Source of the DNA: Gemmatimonadota bacterium
GTDB taxonomy: Bacteria > Gemmatimonadota > Gemmatimonadetes > Gemmatimonadales > GWC2-71-9
DNA length: 64,000 bases
Assembly (NCBI GenBank): GCA_016713435.1
Contig: JADJPD010000003.1
Coordinates: 282,121-346,120, forward strand
Reading direction: 5' to 3'
Shown: positions 39,207 to 47,281 of the stretch, piece after piece
How the letters are laid out: each line of letters starts with the position of its first letter
How positions within the stretch are numbered: the first letter of the stretch is position 1
Notes under the pieces: model-generated
What the model was told of the DNA's origin: nothing
Database searches by the model: none
Seen by the model: only the letters and a program-made list of their open reading frames with translations
Made by a program: the position numbers and the translations under genes

Positions 39207-40196
39207 CTACTGGACCACGATCACGCCGGCTTCGCCGGCGCCGTGGACCGCGCAGTTGTAGTTGTAGGTGCCGGGGGTGTTGAAGGTGTACGCGTGCATC
39301 TGGCCCTGGGTGAGCGTGCCGCTCCCCTGGAAGATGTTCAGCGGCACCGGCCGCACCGAGTGCGAGCCGCCCGACTGGTTGATCCAGACCACGGTCTCCC
39401 CCGCCTGCACCGTGTCCACCGCCGGCTGGCTGGTCCCGTTGTGCACGCTCACGAAGCCGCCGGCGGTGATGTCCACCTGCCGGTCGATGGTCACCACGGT
39501 CACGGCGAAGAAGGTGTTCACCGCGCCCGCCGAGGCCCCGAGCTGCGCCGGGCCGGCCGTGTCACCCGCCGTGACGCTCACGGTGGCGAGCCCCTGGGCG
39601 TCGGTGGTCGAGGTCGGGGCCTCGATGTCCAGGTCACCGACCAGCTCGGACCAGGTGACCTCGGCGCCCGCGAGCGGGTTGTCGGCCCGGTCGGTGACCA
39701 GGACCTTGAAGGGCACGGCGAAGGGCGTGCCCACGAAGCCGGTCTGCAGGTCGCCGCTGGCGGGCTGGATGTCGCCGGGCTGGCCTGGCGTCGCGGTGGC
39801 GCTGAAGCTGAGCGGCGAACCGCTGGCGCCCGGGACCGTCGCGGTGGCGGTCTGGGCGCCGATGTTGTTGCCGAGCTTCCAGTTCATGATGGCCGAGCCG
39901 GTGCCATCGGTGAGGCTGGTGGCGGCCGTGACCGTCCCCCCGCCACCGGTCACCGCCCACTGCACCGTCTTGCCGGCCAGCGGGGCGCCATTCTTGGTCA
40001 CCACGACCTTGAGCGGCAGGTCCAGCGTGCCGCCGATGGTGTCCGACTGTGCGTCGCCGCTCACCTGCGCGTAGTCGAGGGTGACCGCATCGCTCCCGCT
40101 CCCCCCGTCCCCACACGCGCCGATGGCCGCGGCCATGCCAAGAACCGCGCCCCCGAGGATCCACCCGGATCGCATGCCAACCTCCCTCTTCATCAT
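39207..40196 (-). CDS. Lipoprotein with two bacterial Ig-like (Big_1/invasin-type) repeats and a C-terminal cupredoxin domain (329 aa), paralog 1
   Basis: Lipobox AIGAC. Ig-like repeat pattern (GAPLAGKTVQWAVTGGGGTV...TDGTGSAIMNW; DNPLAGAEVTW...TDAQGLATVSV). C-terminal GGSHSV ... YNCAVHGAGEAGVIVVQ. Confidence 0.8.
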   Translation of the reverse strand: MMKREVGMRSGWILGGAVLGMAAAIGACGDGGSGSDAVTLDYAQVSGDAQSDTIGGTLDLPLKVVVTKNGAPLAGKTVQWAVTGGGGTVTAATSLTDGTGSAIMNWKLGNNIGAQTATATVPGASGSPLSFSATATPGQPGDIQPASGDLQTGFVGTPFAVPFKVLVTDRADNPLAGAEVTWSELVGDLDIEAPTSTTDAQGLATVSVTAGDTAGPAQLGASAGAVNTFFAVTVVTIDRQVDITAGGFVSVHNGTSQPAVDTVQAGETVVWINQSGGSHSVRPVPLNIFQGSGTLTQGQMHAYTFNTPGTYNYNCAVHGAGEAGVIVVQ

Positions 40197-40327
40197 TCGG
40201 TGCGTGAGATGCGCTCAGGGAATCCTATCGCGGCCGGTCGGATCGGCAAGGTGGGCGGGAGGGGCTTCCCCCCCGGTCCCGGCTGTTATCTTCCCCAGTC
40301 GGCCCCCAGAGGCCCCTTCCCGGCCCC

Positions 40328-43300
40328 GTGAAAGGCAGTGGTAACTTCGTGGACGCGAACGTGTTCGAGACGGCCAACGCCGGCTTCGCCCAGATCATGT
40401 ACGAGGAGTACCTCCGCGACCCGGCCTCGGTGTCCGCGGAGTGGCGGCGCTACTTCGAGAATGGAGCCGCCGGGCTCGGCGCCGAGGGCGGCAATGGCCA
40501 CCACCCCTCGGTGACCCAGGATGCCGCGGCCCCCGCGCCGCGCCCCGCCCCCCCGGCGCCCGCGGCGGCCGCGGCGGCCGTGCCGGCCGGGGCCCAGCCG
40601 ATCACGGGCCCGGCCTCGAAGCTCGTCCAGAACATGAACGACTCCCGGTCCATCCCGACCGCCACGTCGTTCCGCGAGCTCGCCGTGTCCCTGCTGGAGC
40701 ACCGCCGCCGCGAGCTCAACAATGCGCTCCGCGCCGCGGGCCGCACCGAGAAGGTCTCCTTCACCCACCTGATCGGCTACGCCATCAGCAAGGCGGCGGG
40801 GCTCCACCCCGCCATGACCACGAGCTACCTCGAGGTGAACGGCGCCCCGCACCGGATCCCGGGCGGCCCCGTGCACCTCGGCATCGCCGTGGACGTGGAG
40901 CGGAAGGACGGCAGCCGCGGCCTCGTGGTCCCCGTCATCCGCGACGCCCAGGGCAGGAGCTTCGCCGAGTTCCACGCCACCTACGAGGCGCTGGTGGAGA
41001 AGGCCCGGGGCAACAAGCTCATGCCCGACGCCTTCGCCGGCGCCACGATGACGCTCACCAACCCCGGCGGCCTCGGCACCTCGGCCTCGGTGCCGCGGCT
41101 CATGCCGGGCCAGGGCTGCATCATCGCCGTGGGCGCCATCCACTACCCGGCGGCCTTCGCCGACCTCTCCGATGACCGGCTCCGCGAGCTCGGCATCGCG
41201 AAGGTCATGAACATCACCAGCACCTACGACCATCGCGTGATCCAGGGCGCCGAGTCCGGCGAGTTCCTGCGCGCGGTGGACGACTTCCTGCAGGGCGGCG
41301 AGCGCTTCTACGAGGACGTCTTCACCAGCCTCGGCCTCACCGCCCAGGCGGTGCCCGACACCAGCGCCACCCCCCGCCCCTCGCGCGTCGGCCCCGCGCC
41401 GGTGCGCGAGAGCCAGGCCGACCTCTACCACGTGGCCGCCGCCATGGCGCTGGTGAAGGCGCACCGTACCCACGGCCACCTCGCCGCGCGCCTCGATCCC
41501 CTCGGCACCGAGCCCCAGGGGGACCCGGCGCTCGACCCCAAGCCCCTCGGCCTCACTCCCGAGGTGATGGCGGCCATCCCCGCCTCGGTCCTCCGCATCT
41601 CCACCCAGGGCGCCACCCTCGCCGACGCGCTGCCCAAGCTGCACGAGGCCTACTGCGGCACCATGGCCTATGAGCTGGAGCACATCGCCAACCACGGCGA
41701 GCGCGTGTGGCTGCGGCAGATGATCGAGTCGGGCGAGCACCGCAAGCCGCTCACCGCCGACGAGGTCCAGTGGCTCCATGCCCGCCTCATCGAGGTGGAG
41801 GCCCTGGAGCGCTTCCTTCACAAGGCGTACCTCGGCCAGAAGCGCTTCTCCATCGAGGGCGTGGACATGCTGGTGCCCATGCTCGACTACGCCATCGAGC
41901 TCTCGGCCCAGCAGGGCGCGCGCGAGGTGGTCATCGGCATGGCGCACCGCGGGCGGCTCAACGTGCTGGCCCACACCGTGGGCCGGCCCATCGAGACGAT
42001 CTTCGCGGAGTTCGAGGGCGGGCGGCACGTCGAGGGCGGCACCCTCACCCCCGAGGGCGGCACCGGCGACGTGAAGTACCACCACGGCGCCGAGGGCGCG
42101 TACAAGACGCGCTCGGGCAAGGTGGTCACGGTCACCCTCTCGCCCAACCCGAGCCACCTCGAGTTCGTGGGGCCGGTGGTGGATGGCCGCGCCCGCGCGG
42201 AGCAGACCACCCGCGTCGGCCGCGTGGCGCACCACGACCCGAGCGCGGCGGTGCCCATCGTGATCCACGGCGACGCCGCGTTCGCGGGCCAGGGCGTCGT
42301 CTCCGAGACGCTCAACCTGGGCGCGCTCAAGGGGTATCGCACCGGCGGCACGGTGCACATCATCACCAACAACCAGGTGGGCTTCACCACCGACATGATG
42401 GACAGCCGCTCCACGCGGCACGCGTCGGACCTGGCCAAGGGGTTCGACATCCCCATCATCCACGTCAACGCCGACGACGCCGAGGCCTGCCTGGCCTCGG
42501 TGCGGCTGGCCATGGCGTACCGGGAGAAGTTCCACGAGGACGTGCTGATCGACCTGGTGGGCTACCGCCGCCACGGCCACAACGAGAGCGACGAGCCCGC
42601 CTACACCCAGCCGCAGATGTACGAGCGGATCCGCACCCTGCCCACCGTGCGGCAGCAGTACGCCCAGCTCCTCGCGCGCCGCGGCGTCACCACCGAGGAC
42701 CAGGCGGAGGCGCAGTACCAGGCCGGCTACAACCGCCTCCTCGAGATCCAGCAGGCCTTCAAGGCCAGCATGGGGAAGGTGAAGCCGTCCCAGCCGCCGG
42801 TGCACTCCAACGCCTCGAGCGGCGTCGAGCCGGAGACGGCCGTGCAGGCCGAGCTGCTCAAGGCGCTCAACGAGCAGCTGCTGGCGCTCCCCGAGGGCTT
42901 CACCGGCAATCCCAAGCTCCTGAAGCAGCTGGAGCGCCGGCGCACCGTGCTCGGCCCGGAGGGCGGCATCGAGTGGGCCCATGCCGAGGCGCTCGGCCTG
43001 GCGTCGCTGCTGGTGGAGGGCGTGCCGATCCGGCTCACGGGCCAGGACAGCGAGCGCGGCACCTTCAGCCAGCGCCACCTGGTGCTGCACGACGCCAACA
43101 CCGGGAAGCATCACACCCCGATCCAGAACCTGCCCGGGGCGCTCAGCAGCATGGAGCTGCACAACAGCCCGCTCTCCGAGCTGGCCACGCTCGGCTTCGA
43201 GTACGGCTACAGTGCCGCGGCGCCGGAGACGCTGGTGGTGTGGGAGGCGCAGTTCGGCGACTTCGTCAACGGCGCGCAGGTCATCGTGGACCAGTTCATC

Positions 43301-43990
43301 GTGTCCGGCCTCTCCAAGTGGGGCCTCACCACGCGACTGACGCTGCTGCTGCCGCACGGCTACGAGGGCCAGGGCCCCGAGCACTCGAGCGCGCGCCTGG
43401 AACGGTTCCTCCAGCTCTGCGCTGAGGGCAACATCCGCGTGGCCAACCCCACCACCCCGGCCCAGTACTACCACCTGCTCCGCCGCCAGGCCAAGCGCCA
43501 GCGGCAGCGGCCGCTCGTGGTGATGACGCCCAAGTCGCTGCTCCGCCTGCCCCAGGCCACCAGCAAGCTCGAGGACCTCGCCACCGGCTACTGGCGCCCG
43601 GTCCTCGACGACCCGGCCGCCCCGCCCAAGGACCAGGTGACCCGCGCCGTGATCTGCAGCGGCAAGGTGTATTACGACCTCGCCGCCGGGCAGGCCACCG
43701 ACCGCAACAAGGTCGCCATCCTGCGCCTCGAGCAGCTCTACAGCTTCCCCGAGGAGGAACTGCTGGCGCTGCTCCGCAGCTACCCGTCCCTCCAGGAGCT
43801 CGTCTGGGTGCAGGAGGAGCCGCGGAACATGGGCCCCTGGACCTACGTGGAGCCGCGCCTCCGCGCGCTGCTGCCGCAGGGCTTCCCGCTCAGGTACGCG
43901 GGCCGCCCCGAGCGCGCGAGCCCCGCCGAAGGGTACCCGGCCGCCCACACCGCCGAGCAGAAGCGGATCGTCGCCGAGGCGCTGGGTTAA
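40328..43990 (+). CDS. sucA: 2-oxoglutarate dehydrogenase E1 component of the OdhA/Kgd type, with an N-terminal E2-like acyltransferase domain (1220 aa)
   Basis: N-terminal FAQIMYEEYLRDPASVS. An E2 catalytic-domain-like block follows (VSFTHLIGYAI..., NPGGLGTSASVP, TSTYDHRVIQGAESGEFL). Canonical E1o blocks are also present (RFSIEGVD, GMAHRGRLNVL, GDVKYH, HGDAAFAGQGVV, QFGDF, LLLPHGYEGQGPEHSS). Confidence 0.9.
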   Translation: MKGSGNFVDANVFETANAGFAQIMYEEYLRDPASVSAEWRRYFENGAAGLGAEGGNGHHPSVTQDAAAPAPRPAPPAPAAAAAAVPAGAQPITGPASKLVQNMNDSRSIPTATSFRELAVSLLEHRRRELNNALRAAGRTEKVSFTHLIGYAISKAAGLHPAMTTSYLEVNGAPHRIPGGPVHLGIAVDVERKDGSRGLVVPVIRDAQGRSFAEFHATYEALVEKARGNKLMPDAFAGATMTLTNPGGLGTSASVPRLMPGQGCIIAVGAIHYPAAFADLSDDRLRELGIAKVMNITSTYDHRVIQGAESGEFLRAVDDFLQGGERFYEDVFTSLGLTAQAVPDTSATPRPSRVGPAPVRESQADLYHVAAAMALVKAHRTHGHLAARLDPLGTEPQGDPALDPKPLGLTPEVMAAIPASVLRISTQGATLADALPKLHEAYCGTMAYELEHIANHGERVWLRQMIESGEHRKPLTADEVQWLHARLIEVEALERFLHKAYLGQKRFSIEGVDMLVPMLDYAIELSAQQGAREVVIGMAHRGRLNVLAHTVGRPIETIFAEFEGGRHVEGGTLTPEGGTGDVKYHHGAEGAYKTRSGKVVTVTLSPNPSHLEFVGPVVDGRARAEQTTRVGRVAHHDPSAAVPIVIHGDAAFAGQGVVSETLNLGALKGYRTGGTVHIITNNQVGFTTDMMDSRSTRHASDLAKGFDIPIIHVNADDAEACLASVRLAMAYREKFHEDVLIDLVGYRRHGHNESDEPAYTQPQMYERIRTLPTVRQQYAQLLARRGVTTEDQAEAQYQAGYNRLLEIQQAFKASMGKVKPSQPPVHSNASSGVEPETAVQAELLKALNEQLLALPEGFTGNPKLLKQLERRRTVLGPEGGIEWAHAEALGLASLLVEGVPIRLTGQDSERGTFSQRHLVLHDANTGKHHTPIQNLPGALSSMELHNSPLSELATLGFEYGYSAAAPETLVVWEAQFGDFVNGAQVIVDQFIVSGLSKWGLTTRLTLLLPHGYEGQGPEHSSARLERFLQLCAEGNIRVANPTTPAQYYHLLRRQAKRQRQRPLVVMTPKSLLRLPQATSKLEDLATGYWRPVLDDPAAPPKDQVTRAVICSGKVYYDLAAGQATDRNKVAILRLEQLYSFPEEELLALLRSYPSLQELVWVQEEPRNMGPWTYVEPRLRALLPQGFPLRYAGRPERASPAEGYPAAHTAEQKRIVAEALG

Positions 43991-43996
43991 ACGAAC

Positions 43997-44018
43997 GGGG
44001 CCGGCGACTGCCGGCCCC
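43997..44018. terminator. Hairpin 1 downstream of sucA
   Basis: ggggccggc-gact-gccggcccc. Confidence 0.45.
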
Positions 44019-44032
44019 GATTCCTCCTCGCA

Positions 44033-44060
44033 GGGGCCGCCCGTGGGCGGCCCCTCTTTT
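44033..44060 (+). terminator. Intrinsic terminator-like hairpin with T-tract
   Basis: ggggccgcc-cgtg-ggcggcccc followed by tctttt. Confidence 0.65.
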
Positions 44061-44075
44061 CATTCCACGTGGCGC

Positions 44076-44522
44076 CTAGTGGGCGCCGTTCCCGTTGCCG
44101 TTTCCGTGCCCATTCATGCTCACGAACTTGGGCCGGTTGGGCGGCAGCCACTCCCGCTCCGAGGTCTGGCGGATCAGGTCCTTGACCCAATCAGACAGGT
44201 GCTCGCCATAGTGGAGCAGGAAGACCCCGCGGCTCCGTCGCTGCGCGATGAACGCCACGAACGGAGTGTCGGCCTTGGCCGAGTTGCAGGGCTGGCAGGC
44301 AATGACCAGGTTGTCCGGCCGGTCGTAGGCCGTCTGGCCCTTGCGGGGATAGACGTGGTCCAGCGTGGTACGGTCCTCGGCGATCTCGGCACCGCAGTAG
44401 GCGCAGATGGGGCCATAGCGATCGATGAGCCACCGGCGGTGGGCATCCATCGACCGGCGGCCAAGGCTGCGCGACCGGGTAGCGGGAGCGGAGGAGGGGG
44501 GACGACGATTCGCTCGTGACAC
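44076..44522 (-). CDS. HNH endonuclease-domain protein with C-terminal Gly-Asn repeat tail
   Basis: CAYCG ... LDHVYPRK ... DNLVIACQPCNSAK (HNH/Cys-box pattern). The tail is NGHGNGNGNGAH. Confidence 0.8.
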   Translation of the reverse strand: MSRANRRPPSSAPATRSRSLGRRSMDAHRRWLIDRYGPICAYCGAEIAEDRTTLDHVYPRKGQTAYDRPDNLVIACQPCNSAKADTPFVAFIAQRRSRGVFLLHYGEHLSDWVKDLIRQTSEREWLPPNRPKFVSMNGHGNGNGNGAH

Positions 44523-44671
44523 AAAATTCCTTCAGCTTCTGAGTGCAGCGACAGGGATCAGGGGAGCCCTCCGCGGTTCAGGGTGTACTGGAATGTAGGC
44601 GGGGGTCCCTCGCCTAACCAGCCCCCACGCTTGGACATAGCCGGTGGCGGGGTCCCGGGTTCCCGGCCGGG

Positions 44672-45217
44672 TCAGCCCAGCCGGGCGGCCACCTCGTCGA
44701 GCCAGGCCAGTTCCACTTCCCATTGTCGGATGGTGAGATCCACCATCAAAGCCCCAACTTCGGTCATGGGACCGATTTCCGACCGGATCGCCGCGAGGGT
44801 CCGCCGCTCCTTGGCCAGTTCCTGCTCCAGGTAGCTCCGCCGCCGGGCGAGCACCCGCGCCCGGTCGGCCGGTGCCGCATGTCCGGACAGGGCCAGCCAC
44901 GTGATGAAGGGCGACGGCGGCCGCTGCTCCGCCCAGCGCTCCTCCCCCAGGGCGGCCATGAGGCCACGTCGGCCGGCCGCGCTCACCCGGTAGACCACCC
45001 GCTCGGGACCGCTTCCCTCGCCGGCATCCTGCGCCCGGAGGATCTCCCCGCCCTGCGCCAGCTTCTTGAGGGAGTAATAGACCTGCGGCCGCGAGATGGC
45101 CGCCCAGTCCTGCGCTTCCCGGCGCTCGAGCTCCTGGTTCAGCTCGTACCCGTGCATCGGCCGCTCGGCGAGGAGGGCAAGGACCACGAGGTCGGCGGGG
45201 GTGAGGGGGCTGGGCAT
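44672..45217 (-). CDS. PadR-family transcriptional regulator
   Basis: N-terminal winged helix (LVVLALLAERPMHGYELNQEL...ISRPQVYYSLKKL). Confidence 0.85.
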   Translation of the reverse strand: MPSPLTPADLVVLALLAERPMHGYELNQELERREAQDWAAISRPQVYYSLKKLAQGGEILRAQDAGEGSGPERVVYRVSAAGRRGLMAALGEERWAEQRPPSPFITWLALSGHAAPADRARVLARRRSYLEQELAKERRTLAAIRSEIGPMTEVGALMVDLTIRQWEVELAWLDEVAARLG

Positions 45218-45219
45218 GG

Positions 45220-45248
45220 TTGACAGGGAATATAGTCTCGTTTATACT
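45220..45248 (+). promoter_or_regulatory. Sigma-70-like promoter TTGACA-17 nt-TATACT facing the VOC gene
   Basis: TTGACA at 45220-45225 and TATACT at 45243-45248 with a 17-nt spacer counted by hand. It lies in the only clearly AT-rich patch of this intergenic region, 28 nt upstream of ATG 45276. Confidence 0.6.
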
Positions 45249-45271
45249 AGTCGGTAGTCTAAACGAGACTA
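45233..45271. promoter_or_regulatory. Perfect 12-bp inverted repeat (candidate PadR operator) overlapping the -10 element
   Basis: tagtctcgttta (45233-45244) and taaacgagacta (45260-45271) are exact reverse complements separated by 15 nt. Confidence 0.6.
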
Positions 45272-45275
45272 ATTC

Positions 45276-45749
45276 ATGTGCCCCTGCCTGTTCCTGTCCC
45301 TGTTCCTCGGGTTCGCCGCGCCGGCGGCGGCCCAGACCACGAGGCCCGCCATGCCCACGCTCACCAAGCTCACCCCGGTCCTGATGGTGGACCGGATCGC
45401 CCCCTGCCTGCCGTTCTGGACCGAGCGGCTGGGCTTCGCCAACGTGGCCGAGGTGCCGGGGCCGGACGGGCAGCCGCAGTTCGCGCTGCTGGTCAAGGAT
45501 GGCGTCGAGGTGATGTACCAGACGTATGCGAGCGTCGAGGCGGAAGACCCGACGCTGGTCGCGGGCCCGCGCGGGCAGGCCGCCATGTTCTTCCTCGAGG
45601 TGGACAACCTCGACGCCACCCTGCAGGCGATGCAGGGCATCCCGATCGTGGTGCCGCGGCACACCACGTTCTACGGCAAGGAGGAATTCGCGGTGCGGGA
45701 GCCGGGCGGGGCGGTGGTGATCTTCGCGATGGACGTGCCGGCCAAGTAG
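45276..45749 (+). CDS. VOC-family (glyoxalase/bleomycin-resistance fold) protein, possibly with a signal peptide
   Basis: LTPVLMVDRIAPCLPFWTERLGF ... FAVREPGGAVVIF is a typical beta-alpha-beta-beta-beta module pattern. The N-terminal 20 aa look like a signal peptide (FLGFAAPAAAQ). An alternative start is Met26 at 45351. Confidence 0.75.
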   Translation: MCPCLFLSLFLGFAAPAAAQTTRPAMPTLTKLTPVLMVDRIAPCLPFWTERLGFANVAEVPGPDGQPQFALLVKDGVEVMYQTYASVEAEDPTLVAGPRGQAAMFFLEVDNLDATLQAMQGIPIVVPRHTTFYGKEEFAVREPGGAVVIFAMDVPAK

Positions 45750-45767
45750 CGGCGGGTGGGGAACCAG

Positions 45768-45803
45768 CACGGCCCCGGGGCGCCTGCCCCGGGGCCGTCG
45801 TGC
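45768..45803. terminator. G/C-rich hairpin between convergent VOC and cupredoxin genes
   Basis: gcacggccccgggg-cgcctg-ccccggggccgtcgtgc, a long stem with one bulge. Confidence 0.5.
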
Positions 45804-46793
45804 TCACTGGACCACGATGCGGCCGGTCATGCCGGCGCCGTGCACCGCGCAGTCGTACTGGAAGGTGCCGGCGTTGCTGAAGAGCACGAGGTACGGCTCG
45901 TTGGCGGCCAGGGTGCCGCTGCTGGTGAAGGTCGGGGCGCCGGTGGACTCCACCGTGTGGGTGCCGCCGGCGCTCACCCACAGCACCCCCTCCCCCGCCT
46001 GCACCGTGTCCACGGCCGGCTGGGAGGAGTTGTTGCGGTTGCTGCGGAAGAGCGTGGCGGCGCCCACCGTGACCCGCCGCGTGGCGTTGAACACCTCGAG
46101 GCCGGTGAAGCTGGCCGCCCCCGCCAAGTTGCTGCTGCTGGCGCCCACGACGCCCGTGCCCGCGGCGGCGGTGCCGCTCACCGTCATGCTGGCCAGGCCC
46201 GACGCGTTGGTCTGGCTCGTGGCCGACGTGAGGCTGACGGGGCCGGACGTCACCGCCCAGTTGACCGTCACGCCGCTGACGGCGTTGCCGGCCCGGTCGC
46301 TCACCTGCACGGTGAGGGGGGTGGGGAACGCGGCCGAGAGGATGCCGGACTGGTTGTCACCGCCCTGCTCCACCAGGGTGGCGGCGTGGCCCGCCGTGGC
46401 GGTGGCGCTGAAGCTGAGCGGCGAGCCGCTGGCACCCGACACCGCCGCCCGCGCCGTCTGGGCGCCCGTGGTGTTGCCCAGCGTCCAGGCGATGCTGGCC
46501 ACCCCGTCGGCGCCGGTCAGGCTCGTGGCACCCGAGAGCTGGCCGCCGCCGGCGAGGACGGTCCACGTCACCGTCGCGCCTGCCTTCGGGGCACCGTCCT
46601 CCTGGACCAGCACCCGGAGCGGAGCCGCGAGCGGCGCGCCGATGGTGTCGGTCTGCGCGTCCCCGCTCGAGGTGGCCTTGCTGAGGGTCACCGCGGGGTT
46701 GTTGCCGTTTCCGCCGCCGCCGCCCCCACCACAGGCCCCCAGCACCACCGCCGCCACGAGCACTGCCACCGCCAGCCGGGCCTCGCTCCGCAT
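45804..46793 (-). CDS. Lipoprotein with two Ig-like repeats and a C-terminal cupredoxin domain (329 aa), paralog 2
   Basis: Lipobox VLGAC. It is collinear with 39207-40196, including identical blocks GASGSPLSFSATAT and SQPAVDTVQAGE. C-terminal GGTHTV ... YDCAVHGAGMTGRIVVQ. Confidence 0.8.
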   Translation of the reverse strand: MRSEARLAVAVLVAAVVLGACGGGGGGGNGNNPAVTLSKATSSGDAQTDTIGAPLAAPLRVLVQEDGAPKAGATVTWTVLAGGGQLSGATSLTGADGVASIAWTLGNTTGAQTARAAVSGASGSPLSFSATATAGHAATLVEQGGDNQSGILSAAFPTPLTVQVSDRAGNAVSGVTVNWAVTSGPVSLTSATSQTNASGLASMTVSGTAAAGTGVVGASSSNLAGAASFTGLEVFNATRRVTVGAATLFRSNRNNSSQPAVDTVQAGEGVLWVSAGGTHTVESTGAPTFTSSGTLAANEPYLVLFSNAGTFQYDCAVHGAGMTGRIVVQ

Positions 46794-46951
46794 CCACGCC
46801 TCCTGCGAGATGATTGTCGAGAGGGGAACATGGATATCGTAGGGGCGGGGAGGGATTCAGCAAGACCACGGTCGGCGTTCTCGACTCCGACGCCGGCCAG
46901 ATCGCATCATTTCGGGACGGGGACGTCCCGGGGTGGAACCTGCGGCCTCGC

Positions 46952-47281
46952 TCAACGCGTCCGGAGGCCTTCGGCGAGGCGGGCGGTGCTCCAGGCCAGC
47001 AGGAAGGCGTACAGCACGGCCACGACCACCAGCGCCCAGCCCGGCACACCGAAGAGGCCGCCGAGGCGCGAGAGCAGGCGCCCGAGCGACCCCCCGTCGT
47101 CCGCCGCGGCGATCAGGCCGAGCCAGGCCACGGCAGCACCGAGTCCGAGCGTGACGGGTTGCAGCGTGCGCAGCAGCCACGGCGCGGCGAGCGCCACCGC
47201 CACGACGCCCAGCCATCCCCCCACCCAGGTCCCGGCGGCAAAGGCCAGCGCCAGTGCCACGAGCACGAAGGCCCGGCTCAT
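46952..47281 (-). CDS. Small integral membrane protein (109 aa, about 4 TM)
   Basis: Hydrophobic throughout. The ATG overlaps the acylase stop (ATGA at 47278-47281). Confidence 0.6.
   Translation of the reverse strand: MSRAFVLVALALAFAAGTWVGGWLGVVAVALAAPWLLRTLQPVTLGLGAAVAWLGLIAAADDGGSLGRLLSRLGGLFGVPGWALVVVAVLYAFLLAWSTARLAEGLRTR

Noticed and set aside
40286-43948. 1220-aa ORF on the minus strand mirroring sucA. Similar giant antisense ORFs occur at 1659-4043(-), 5666-8065(+), 13045-15246(+), 19877-22636(-), 32832-35540(+), 47572-50226(+), 55303-57339(-) and 60457-62940(-).
   Set aside because: These are shadow ORFs typical of very GC-rich DNA. Their translations are Arg/Gly/His/Pro/Ala-rich low-complexity strings with no motifs. 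The opposite strand encodes proteins with unambiguous family motifs and the expected G/C excess at codon position 3.
44076-45749. HNH nuclease + PadR + VOC as a mobile element or defence island.
   Set aside because: There are no integrase, transposase, tRNA or att-like repeats and no partner genes (methylase, ATPase, Cas). Only mild local GC dips in intergenic DNA are visible. The evidence is insufficient to call a mobile or defence module.
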